Positions 12,301 to 24,014 of a DNA stretch of 64,000 nt are shown piece after piece. The notes under the pieces are model-generated. The model had not been told where the DNA came from. It saw nothing but the letters and a program-made list of their open reading frames with translations, and did no database searches. How positions within the stretch are numbered: position 1 is the stretch's first letter; the number at the start of each line of letters is the position of its first letter. The stretch lies in assembly GCA_023515725.1 (NCBI GenBank), contig JALDTO010000251.1, positions 124,001-188,000 of the forward strand, given 5' to 3'. The position numbers and the translations under genes were made by a program. The DNA comes from Amoeboaphelidium protococcarum X5 (lineage: Eukaryota; Fungi; Aphelidiomycota).

Positions 12301-14722
12301 CTTGCCTTTTGTTATTTCAGAGCACGGAGAAGATGGCAGCTTACTGGTTAACGAGTCCGAATGGGTGTCACTGTTTTAGAAGGCTATCAGTCAAAGAAAT
12401 GCGCAGTCATTTATCGACTTTAAGAAGGAGAAGGATCTGAGTGCAATGCATCATACTGTGAGAGAATGGGTAAAGTTGAATTAGGAATCGATGAATGACG
12501 ATAAAGAGAAGAGAATTGAGACAAAGCTTACCATGTAGCCTACCACTGCTGTTGCTGACCGTGGAAAGCTGGGATCTATGCGCTAGAAAAGATTTGGAGC
12601 TCTGTTTCCAATGGCTTTAAATTTAATTAGTTTTGCTATCGTTGATTTGACGTTGGATTGCGATGTTGTTGTGTAATAGTCTGCTTATGAGTTTCTGCAC
12701 AAAATGATCAGAGATGACCCTGGGACGTTCCTGCGTATGTATTTTAGTGAAATGACCGCGTCTCCTCCTTAAAAGTAGCTGGAGTTGTTGTCTCGTTTAA
12801 AGCGCATTGTATTTCATAGAAAGAAGCTGTCCTATGGTTTTGCGTATTTGCTCTTGAACTTTTGTATCGGCTACTGTCAGTATCTAATATAGAAGCATCG
12901 TGTCACTCATTATGAAGTTATTGCCGGTCTGTTGCCTATTATGTCTCATATATATACCTGCGTAAAGGGATTGACGTTTGCTGATCTGAAGAGAATGAAA
13001 CTTGATCTGGTGTTTACTCCATCAATGGACTTTTGGTATGGTGAGAAGTAAATTGAGTTTTATTCGGCGGAGTTTGAGTAGAAGTTACCTAAAGATAAGA
13101 TTACCAATTTGTCCTTGTGCGCACATCGTCTGCAGACTTTAAGATTAGCTCAGTACATGCTTACGATCAACATTTTGAATAAATATCCATCCGAGTCTGA
13201 TCGCGTACATAACTACTTCTTAGCCGAGTTCAATGGTAAATAGTCTTTTGGTTAGACTATCACTAGATCTTAGTCCAAGCAGGGGAATCTTGATCAGTTT
13301 GCGTTCTAACAGTCTGTCAAGGATGTTTCCTGGATTATTAGGACAGTATTGTTTGAGAATGCTCCCGTCAAATTGTCTCAAGATTCTACTTAGAAGTTGA
13401 CTGCTAATATCAATCGTAAAGTGTGGTTGAATTTACTGGAGGTTTTGTATATGGATATCGATCAGGCGATTGTTGGAAGCAAGTACTTGACTTAACTGAT
13501 GAGCCATGTTAGCGCTCTTTTATTCATGTATTCGTATGATTACGAGCTGGTTAAGAATTGTCTGAACTTTTATGCACTGGTAGTGACCAAGTTTGTTGCT
13601 AAATTTGCCAAGAATGGATACAAAACATTCATTAAAGAACTGTTTTTATACTGTGTGCTTAAACATACTCATGCTCGCAATGATGGTTTTGAGATTCAGA
13701 AAGATATTTATTTGACTTGGAACACCATGTTTGCCATTCATAGAGAGTCTTTTGTGATGTAGTGCATTAACTCTCTAGTACCGATGATCAATGATTGGAA
13801 AGAGATTTATCAAGTCACCAAGAATGATTTGATCTCTACTTTTAACTGGCTCTTCTCTTCATTGAATGCGCGTAATGGAAATATTCTGGTTGAAGGATTT
13901 GAGGAGTCTCTCTCAAGCACGTCTTAGTACTATGCGTTTGATTCTGAGGAGTTGATTAAATTGCTGATGACATTGATTTCCTAAAATTTGGACTCTGCTC
14001 GCTCCTATGAGCTGCTGTAGTTTATGCAATCGTATTCTCTTGCCATTGCTTAGGAATAAGGCCAATAAAATCTGTTATCTCATTTCGCGTTTGCCTACGT
14101 CACGATGCTGGAAGTGTTTGCGAAATCTGGTAGTGTTGACAATTTTCTGATCGGAGTCACCAATAAGTTGTTGAAAACCTCTTTTGATAATGATAACACG
14201 GCTATTATTTCTTACATTATATGCAGAGTGAAGTTGATTGAAAGTTTTGGCCTATTTCTGCTGTAATTGAGTCCGATTTAAATGGCTCTAGTGAAGTCTT
14301 ACGTCTCGTCTAAATGTATTAATGATGCTGTGAAAATTGCATTTAATGCTTGTAGAGTGGCATATCTTAACAAGTACACTGGATTGAATGATTCTTTCAT
14401 CGCCACTCTTGTCGATGGTGTTAGTCAGGTGTGCGGAGTCCTGGCTCCTATTTAGGCTCGTTATGTAATAGAGGTGATTCTTCAAAAGTCCTTCCTGTTG
14501 ATTCGCGACTATGACAAGCTGTTGGACTTTGAAAACTTGTGGACATCACTAGTCCAAATGGTTCTTGATGCGCGTAATCCAGAACAATACTGGCCAATGT
14601 TCAAGTAGAAGAACATCAAGCCTCTGTTTGATGTATATTTGGACTCCAAAAGTGTGCCGGAACAAGTACTCGAGATTTTTCGTGGGTTTGAACAGGATTA
14701 TTAGATTGAAGGGAAATTATGA
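9389..14722 (+). CDS. UNC-80-like large HEAT/ARM protein (NALCN channel complex subunit homologue), ~1777 aa
   Basis: One open frame with TAR=Q. Segments resemble UNC-80: SQLYHNNPEIRKNAL..VGRLFNHR, MIRDDPGTFLRMYFSEM...AYLLLNFCIGY, VKGLTFADLK, FAKNGY, FAIHRESFVMQ. Recognised from memory, not aligned. Confidence 0.7.
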
Positions 14723-14789
14723 AGTTGTTGTAATTAAGTTGATGTTTTATACGGAAATGAATATTGGATTTTGCTTTACCGAGTATATA

Positions 14790-14861
14790 TCACTTGATGA
14801 TTTTTTCTATTTAGATGTTTATCAGCATTAGTACTGTACTGAAATCTTAAGTGCTGAGTGG
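14790..14861 (+). ncRNA. Possible box C/D snoRNA
   Basis: TGATGA at 14795-14800 and CTGA at 14854-14857 flanked by a short TCAC/GTGG stem, plus an internal CTGA; no rRNA target identified. Confidence 0.25.
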
Positions 14862-15158
14862 GTGAAGCTTTTCGGAACTGCGCGTTCCTTCTTTGTAAAC
14901 TTTTGATCCCCCCTGTGAATCAATCGATTCTCTCCGTTCTCTCAGCCGTTGCTCTTTCTCTTTCTCTTTTCCGTTCCCTGATCCATCTGAAGTACAACAC
15001 TGTAGTTTAAGATTGACGTTTGTATTATATTATACTTCAAAGAAGGCCTGGTGTGATTAGATTTATTCTGTATAAAATCTCTTGTAATTGAAAGAATTTA
15101 GATATCTATTTTAATAAAGCAAAACACATCTCATCTGTTAAATTTTTGTTTAAAGGGA

Positions 15159-16424
15159 ATGGTGACGCAGTAATCAATACTGCATGATGATCAAGTAAAA
15201 AATCTATTAGCAGGAGCTCTATCTGGATGTATAACCGCTATAGTGACATGTCCACTTGATGTGCTAAAGACTCGATTGCAGAATTAGGGAGCTCTGAGGG
15301 ACACTCAGTACAGTGGAATTATCCCATCGCTGCGACTCATCTGGCGAGAAGAGGGTGTCAGAGGACTGTATCGAGGATTAAGTCCGACCATTCTTGGATA
15401 TCTGCCAACATGGACTGTGTATTTTTGGTCGTATGATAGATACAAACTGTACATTGCCAAGTATATGTAAGCGTCCGCTCAAGACTCGCGAGTGCACATA
15501 CTCGGCGCAATACTCGCAGGCACCACCTCTAATATTGTGACCAATCCGCTATGGCTAGTTAAGACTCGTATGATGACATTTCATCAGTATAAGCAATTGA
15601 ATGGTGACTCGTAATATTATAGAAACACGTTCGATGCATTCCGATAGATTTATGTCACTGATGGCTTGTTGGGATTCTACCGCGGACTTGTACCATCTCT
15701 GTTTGGCGTGGCTCATGTCGCTGTCCAGTTCCCTCTGTATGAGCGCCTGAAAGCTGATAGATTTGCCGATCGTTTAATGTATTCTGATCGCGTGGTATCT
15801 TCGATGGGTGATCCCTCTCAAGTGTAGATATTCTTTTCATCCACCATATCGAAGGGGATTGCTTCCATTGCCACATATCCTCACGAAGTTCTCCGCACTC
15901 GCCTACAATCTTCAAATTAGAATTACCAACACAGTCAGCATGTAAGACTACTACCTCTAATGAAGATGATATATATGCAGGACGGCGTGTCTGGGTTCTA
16001 TCGCGGAATGGGCACCAATTTAGTGCGGACTGTACCTGCTAGTGCTGTCACTTTATTGACTTATGAATACATCATGAAGTTTCTTCGGTAATACTAAAAT
16101 GCGTAACAATAGTAATAACAAGAATAATAAAAGTAGATTTAAAGAGCATACAAATTCATTACTTTCAATTGTCATTACGCTATTTTTACAATACTATCCA
16201 CAATCAAAGAGTCAAATATTAACCAATTACAGTTATTGCTACAACTTGGACTAATCAAGAGACAATTTGCGAGTAATCTGATCATAATTGTCAATCCATT
16301 GTTGTAGTAGAAGCGACACGCAACGAGACAATTCCATCTCGAGGCCAACATTACCATCACATCGAACAAGATTAGGTGCAAAGACAATGGACAGATTGGA
16401 TGCATTCATCTTGGTCTATTCTGA
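15159..16424 (+). CDS. Mitochondrial carrier (SLC25), NAD+/folate-FAD transporter-like (Ndt1/SLC25A32 group); 3' end uncertain
   Basis: Three carrier signatures ([33 protein letters not shown]), [34 protein letters not shown]. Homology ends ~16088 but the first in-frame TGA is at 16422. Confidence 0.85.
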
Positions 16425-17512
16425 GTGTTTAGTTGCAATTATATGCAGCAATTTAGTAATAAAAGCTAGCAATAGCATTTCATTCTCTTCCAACTGATTA
16501 ATAACTGATATCATCGCATCAATCGTCAAGTTCTGTTAGTCAGATACGGATTCCTAGAGAGTCTAATGCAGATCAGAGCTAAACACTGGTTATGGTAAAT
16601 CTTTGAGGTAGACTTTTATAAGCACCGCAGCTAAATGTACAGGCATGTCATAATCATCAAAATTTATACCACTCTATCCACCTTCATACGCAGCCTTTAC
16701 CTTCTTCAGGTGTGCACTGTTTGGTGATCGTCTGAATACGCCCTCAGTATCGAGACCATTCTTTTAGATGTATTGCACAGCTTCCTTGATTGGCATTGGA
16801 ACATCTCCATCTCCCATGATGGCATTGAGATTAGCACCAAATATGTTCTTGGTCACTAACACTTCTTACTTCTATTGCAGAGTGGAGCTCTTCTAACTAG
16901 CATGGGATGCGCCATCTTGAATACTATCGTCATGATCCCTGATATCCTTACTAATCTACAGCTATGAGAACCGAATGATACTAGCCTGTTCAAACTCTGT
17001 CAGACTCTTAAAGTATAAGAGTTTCTTTGCAAACTTTGGACTAACCACCATCTTGGCAGCATCCATTACCCATCTGAACCATGTTGCTGGATGTACGACG
17101 ACTAGACTCTTTAGATTCTTTCTAGCATGGCGCTGTATCTAATTATAAGTCTTGAACAGGGCAGTCCATGATGGTTTATTGGTACATGGAGACGCAAACA
17201 GGATAAGAGTATAATCCGAGTGAACAGTGTGATTAATGCTCTGCACCACAGCGTTAGTTGATATAATGTACGGGCTGTTTATGATATCTGTCAGTCTACT
17301 AAGCAGATGCTTATGATCAACTAATGTACTCGCAGGAATCAGATTGGCATACACAGCAACTGTAGGTCTGCTATCACAGTCGGTTCCTACATTTATAATA
17401 TACATTTCATATGACATTATTTTAGATCAGTTGCTGTTGAATATCACAACTTACCTGATGGGACCACAAAGTTGGCAATCACACTATCCAATTAATCGAA
17501 ATCTTGACTCAT
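16212..17512 (-). CDS. BCH/CRAL-TRIO + RhoGAP protein (ARHGAP1/8-like); intron 17387-17454
   Basis: Exon 1 MSQDFDQLDSVIANFVVPS-G, GTAAGT..TAG intron, RHARKNLKSLVVVHP (BCH), IFGANL, EGVFRRSP (arginine finger), [16 protein letters not shown]. Confidence 0.87.
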
Positions 17513-17938
17513 GATACTAAAGATACAAAATTTAAACCACAATAATTTAGAATTATTAGAAAACTCTATTGCAGATTGAAAGTGAGTAATATCAGGGTCC
17601 TTTATAATCGTTTGAATTAAAGAAGGAATGGAACTGAAACGAAAAAGAGATCGATTTGAAACATTTGAATCAGGCGGTATTGTATTGGAACGTCCAAATA
17701 CTACAGTTGACTCATCTCATCATTTGAGGTTTTCGAATAGACGATCATCATGAAAAGTTGCGATTCATTTCGCAATTTCATCGTTGAATCCGTTTCAGTC
17801 GCTGAGCAACGAAATATGGAACACTGTAAATACATAGGGCACTCTGCGGTGAATTGAAGAAAGAGGCGCGAGAGAGAAATCCCACTCCGCTTTAGTCAAA
17901 AATCAACCTGAAATTAAGGTAACTCGTACCTTTAGATT

Positions 17939-19111
17939 ATGCCCAAACGAAAGCTTAAAGTGGTTGTTGACTCTGACTCTGATACTTCATCGTACAATGA
18001 GGTGACCCACTAGTAAAAAACTGTTAATAAGAAATCGCTTGTTACTAATAGTGATGACGATGAATAAGATGTCCAGATTAAACGCGCCGCGTCAAGGAGG
18101 AAAGCCAAGTTGGCATCCACTATATCCTCAGACAATGAGAACGATGCTGATAATTCAATGAAGAATAGCACCGCATAATAAACTGTATCTAACATGAAAG
18201 CTGCGGATATGGCTCAGAGACGACAACGACTGTAGAAAATGTCTAATAAACTGAATCCACGCTCTAATGGTAGCATAGATGTGTCTGATGCAGATGATAG
18301 CACTAGTGATTTGGAAGAATCTACCTGTGAAGAAGATCAAGAAGACTTGTCATTTTACGATAACGTTAATCAATAGCTCAGTTCCACGATTGAGAATCAG
18401 ATTGATCATTATTACTCTCCATTGAGGAATTAAAGTGTTGAATACTTGTTCGCACTGTATGTTCAAGTGCTCGCTTGTCAAAGCTTTGACCCGCAGTTCA
18501 TATAATCTCTGGATAGATATTCTGAAGAGGACGCGCAATACTTGGTGGCCATTGATAAAGTGGAGAATTCAATCAGAGATGTCAAGGATGGATTCGTCAA
18601 AAGCCAAGTGTGGCGGGGAGTGTTTCTAGAAGATTTGAATTCTCTGCCGTATGTAAACACTGTTCCAATGTATGAGCGTCTGGATGAAATGTGTGAAATT
18701 TGTCATCGTGATAGAGTTGTCAGCATGGAACTCACTCTACATGGACGGGAATATGATCATCGTACATTTGACACGTATCTTGATGATGTTTCTGGACAAC
18801 AATTTGACTCATAATCCGATCTGGGTTAGAGTGAGATTGTTAATGGTTATGATGAAGACGTGGAAGAGACTAGTGTATCTTATAAGGGTGGAATCGCGTG
18901 TGTCGACCGAGTTCTAGCGTACCATCGTCTTCAGCATTATTCGTACACGCTGTTTCATGATGTCGTGTAAGAACTTGAACGAATCGGCGCCAAAAATCCC
19001 TCGCTCGACTTTGACGCGAAACTTGGATTGCTGATGGCCAGCAGTCTCATTGACGTTTGGCTCACCGAATACAAGACTCTCATTGAAGATGTTCGCTACA
19101 ACACTAATTGA
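17939..19111 (+). CDS. CCDC82-like / DUF4211 domain protein
   Basis: Acidic low-complexity N-term, then SQVW..FLEDL..LP, CEIC..LHGREYD, GIACVDRVLAYHRLQHY; open frame to TGA. Confidence 0.7.
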
Positions 19112-19200
19112 TTCATACACTGATTTAGTAGTAATTCTATAATGTCAATTTAATGTAATATCAAATTTCATGAATTAAATTCTAGAATCGTGATGTTATC

Positions 19201-19995
19201 ATGGCTTTGTAAAACATGATGATCTTTGTTTGGCGTACTCCGTCAATTTCCTAACAAATGAACAACCATAATAATAACATTGGCAATAATAACAATAACA
19301 GCCATGATGAAGGTGATAACATGGTTGGAATTGAAGGTGGATTTATCAAGTCTATGACTCTGAGCAGCGATGCAATGGTTAAGTAACCAGCGAGACAGAA
19401 GGACTGGACAAGTCGACATCACTCTGGGATACAGAGACAATCAGTTGAACTTCCCAAAATTAATCAAAATCTATAGCGGCCGCAGCAACTTGTAAAGCTG
19501 CCCAGACTGAAGCTGCTCAATCGAGTCAAGAATCTGTTGAACGAAGAAGAGCATCCAGCTTAGAGAGAAGTGCACGGGGAGTAGATTATTGTTGAAACTA
19601 TGCGGAATCGAATGGATGAAGATGATGAAGACGACTACTATCCATCTCAGTCATCACTATTCGAACATGAAGATGATCACCACTTGGCGGCATTTGATGC
19701 AGATAGATAATCTATGAGAGATTCTGGTACTATAGACGTTAGGGCGACTATGAGCAAGCGCCGTAGATCCGATGTTGAGAGTCTGTATAGTCGTGCTAGT
19801 TCTCCGCGGTATGAAAGTTCATCCAGTTTGCATGATGTTCGACACTGGCCTGGTAGTAGTGGCGGTGGTGAGTCTGAGTAATAGCGAAGAATTGCAAAGA
19901 GGAGAAGATTTACTAGAACGTCCAAGTTACGAGAATCTGAGATGATGGAATCCCCGGATCTTAATTCCAAGTAATTTCCTGATTAACAATATTGA
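19201..19995 (+). CDS. Hypothetical protein (~260 aa, Ser/acidic-rich, basic NLS-like clusters); start uncertain
   Basis: 265-codon TGA-free frame containing RVKNLLNEEEHPAQREV, SKRRRS and KRRRF. Confidence 0.6.
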
Positions 19996-20146
19996 AAGAG
20001 ATTAACTCTTGATGGTAAATTTAACACGCTTAAGATTGTCACGCAAGTTTTAATAGATTGCCCTATTATAGAATAATATTTTGTTGCAATTGTATCAATT
20101 AAAAGAATACAAATTAGTATATTAAATTCTCTATTTCTGTAATCAT

Positions 20147-22045
20147 TCATTTGGAAATTAGTCTTGATTTCTGTATCTAGTTTGACATTGCAGAGTCGTC
20201 TTTATTAGAACCAAGTTTAGCTTTGGATGGAGTTGAAATTGTTGGTTGTACCTTCAGAGGGGTATTGGTGGTTGATTTACTGCTTCCATTGGAGAGTTGC
20301 GACTATGTCTTTTTTAGAGACTTTTACCGTTTGAACAGTCCAATTCCAACTTCGCTCTTCTATTTGATGACCGGTGCTTAAGGAGCAACTTCCAATTTCT
20401 TTATGGATTTGGTAACATCAGACACTGAGGCATTACGCGTGCTTGATTTACGTCTTAGCGGCTGAGGACTAGGCGCAGCGAGAGATACGGATGACTTGGT
20501 TTTTGCGTTTACTGACTAAGTTGATGGCTTCCTTTGCAACTACGACGTGGATCCCTTTTACGATTTGCCAGTTTATGCACTAGAATAAAGATTAGACGTG
20601 GATTTGGTCCTGACGCTTTATTGAGAAGGCTTGCGAGACAGTGGTTTTGTTTGGATGTTGATTGATGTTGAGGAGCGCTACACAGACTTGACAGCGACCA
20701 CTTTGTTATTAATTTAGCTTTCTCCAGGTACAGCCAGATTCTACATGCTCTTCTTTCTCTACTAGTCAACATTAGCCGACTATTAAGAGGAATTGAGAGA
20801 CTGATTAAGCTCTCCATTAACCAAAATCTTTGGCTGATTAAGTACAGCGTCATGATCGCGGTACTCTTTGAGCCAGGGATGCTTGATGAGTAATTTAGTA
20901 GATGGACGAGCATCAGGGTCATACTACAGCATCAATTCTATAAGATTTACACAATCATCAGATATTCCAGGATAATCGTTAATGTTAAACAGCTTAGCAG
21001 TGCCAGTCATTTTCTATCCCTATTGCACAAACCTGTTATAAGATTATGCACCATAAAGCACGTAGGGAGGAAACGCTGCGCGTAGTCCAGTCCCCTTGGA
21101 CTCTGCAAATGTGAAGCTCTTCTTCATAATATTAGTTGGCATTGGCTTTGGATTTGGACCAGAGTTGGCCTTAATCATTGCCTGAGTGCCAGCATTAGTC
21201 ATTGCCGATATAAGCTATTCTGATGGACCACCGAGCACATTATGAATTTTACTCAACTGATCCAGTTCATTATCTCCGGGAAAGAGAGGTATCTTGGTGA
21301 GCAGTTCAAAAAAGACGCATCCCAGTCCCCAGATGTCCATCTTGAACGTGTATATACCATCATATAGCAAACACTCTGGCGCTCGATACCATCTGGTTGC
21401 AATATACTCAGTGTAAGGCATACGAGATTGGATTCCGCGACAAGAGCCAAAGTCGGCCAATTTAACAACAAGCGGATACTAGGTCAGCGGTTAAGGCTTC
21501 TATAAACTTTATGATGTGGAGTCAGATTTTAAGGTTTCATATGAATTGAGAGGTATTACGGCAGGCAGGGCATTAACATCGCCATTAACAAGAATATTCT
21601 CCGGCTTGATATCTCGATGAAATACTCCCTTGCCGTGTATGAAGTCCAAAGCTTTCATCACCTGCCATAAGATCATCTTTGCGTGCGATTCTCTTACGGG
21701 TGGCTAGCCTTTACGCGACAACAATTCATACAGATTAGACTGCATCATTTCAAACACTAGAGTAAGCACTCCATACTTGGCATCGAAAATAACCTCCTCA
21801 AGCTGGACAATATTCTCGTGCCGGTGCAGTCTGCGCAGTGCCTAAGTCTCTCTCAACAGCTCAATTTCTTCCACTTTATTGTAACGCTTCTTGAACCGCT
21901 TCAAAGCGTAAAATCTATCACTTATGGCCTGCTTTCGCGCCTTGAACACCTCACTGAATGCTCCTTCTCCCAATCTTCCGATTATTTAATACTCTCCAAT
22001 ATATTATTACTACTATTACTATGATGCTTGCTGATGCTATGACAT
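20147..22045 (-). CDS. MOK: MOK/RAGE-family (RCK) CMGC protein kinase
   Basis: GEGAFSEV, HRDIKPEN, ADFGSCRG, PYTEYIATRWYRAPE (TEY motif of MOK); poly-Q N-term, long disordered tail. Confidence 0.85.
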
Positions 22046-22291
22046 TATATCAACTTGTGAATTTAGGGAATAGAAAAGATGCGAAAGTAGAAGCTTCATC
22101 TTTATAGCGAGGTAACATCAATGTGGATGCTCCTCTGAGACAATGATTGGTGCGTAATAAGAGCAATCATGCATATCGCGGCAACAGGTTGATTCCTATT
22201 AAAATAGTAAACTCAAGAAAGAAGTCATTATAAGATACATACAAAATATTACACTAAAAATACAAATCTAATGCCATTAACGATGATTGTT

Positions 22292-23527
22292 TCACTGATT
22301 CTCTGCAATCGGAGGCAATGTATTGGATGATGACTCGTCTTGAGCATCCCAGATGTGTTTAATCAACACTTTTTGCATTGAGAAGCCATGGACGCGATTC
22401 GATTTGAATACAGCCTTCAATTTATCATCACAAAGGATATAACGACCATCTTTAGGATCTTGTAGTTTATGCTCTTTCACGTATGCCCATAAGTGCTTAT
22501 TAACATCGAAATTAGATAAACGCTCCTTCTGCACTATTGCCTGTAGTTATGGTGACAGCAGTTTGGCTTTGAAGCGCTTAGGAGTGGTTGCTCCTTATTT
22601 TACAGCAGGTTTACGACGTTTTTTATTATTCTTAACACTACTAGAGGTGGACTTCTTGGACCGTCTACTTTTTATCCGCTCAAATTTATCCACTGCATAA
22701 TCACCGCTCGTCAATGAAGAGATGGATGACGCGACACTACTAGCATCATTATCAACACTATCGATATCTTGATCTGTATCATCATGATCATCATCATCAT
22801 CTTCAGTGACAGTAGCATTTAAATCATCCAGATCAAATAAGTGCTTAGAGAGGTGAGCATTGATCTTAAACATTGATATACGCTTGACTTTACATATGGC
22901 CTTTATATTCTCGTCGCATATAATATATCGACCATCATTGGGATCTTGCAGATTATTAGCCTTCACATAGACATGTAGAGCTTTCACCACCTCAACTCTT
23001 GAAGCTGTATCAGAGCCTACAATCTTCTACAAGTGCTCACTCAACCGGAGCACCTTATGGAAGCCAGATTTTTTCAAATGTGTCACTATAGTCCGCTTAC
23101 CACTCTTTCGCAGATCCTGATTACGTAGGCGTGAGTCCAATTCTTCATCATCAGAGTCATAGATATACTCTGAACTGATGTTCTTACGCTTCTTACTCCT
23201 GTGTGCGGCAGACTATGATGATTGTCTTGAATCAGATTTAATGCTGAGAGTTGCAGACTCTTGAGACACTGATACCTAGGATTAAGTATCATAATCATCA
23301 CCACCACCCTCTGCAGCTGTATCTTCCTAAGGTTCATTTTACTTTACTTTAACTGGCTTAGTTGCCTTGGTCTTTTTCAAATCAAGTTTAGTCTGTGGCG
23401 TCTATTAATCACTGGAAGCCTTAGTAGCCAGTATCAACTTGTTCCTGTACAAATCCAACTCTTCGTCATACTCTTCCTCACTAGTCAGCACTGAACTACT
23501 CTTTGCCGCTACCTGATTATACTCCAT
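22292..23527 (-). CDS. SWIB/MDM2 double-domain protein (Uaf30/Spp27/Tri1-like)
   Basis: Two SWIB repeats: SRVEVVKALHVYVKANNLQDPNDGRYIICD and VNKHLWAYVKEHKLQDPKDGRYILCDDKL. Confidence 0.85.
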
Positions 23528-24014
23528 CTCTCTATTCTATAATATTCTCTTTTGATTTTCTAATAACTACTCCAAGAAAAATCATAAGATGAGAATGTTT
23601 GATTACCGTAAATAATGAGAGCGATCCAGTTTAAAAATAACAAACCTTCTCGAAATGATGATGATGACTCAAAACTGCTAAAGCTCTCGGAATCAAGGAT
23701 CAAACTAGGACCACTTGCAGATATGTATTGCGACATTATGTTCTTTAATTTCGCTAATTTCGGTTTCGATATTGTCCTTCAAAAAGAGAGAAACATTTAA
23801 GAATAGTTCAATTGTTTCACTATAATTTAATGACTGTTTCACTCACTCAATCAATTAATCACTCAATCAATCATTCGAGCGTTCAGAGCGTCAGAGCGTT
23901 CTGTTTCGACTTTGATATTCTCTCTCCTTTTCCGTATTCATTTGCGAAAGTCTATTACTTTGACTTACTCAGCTAGATTTGAAAGCGCCAGATTTCTTTA
24001 TATAGTATTATAAA

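Noticed and set aside
17447-17462. ACTTACCTG resembling the U1 snRNA 5' end
   Set aside because: It is the reverse complement of the RhoGAP intron donor (CAG/GTAAGT); no U1 stem-loops or Sm site follow.
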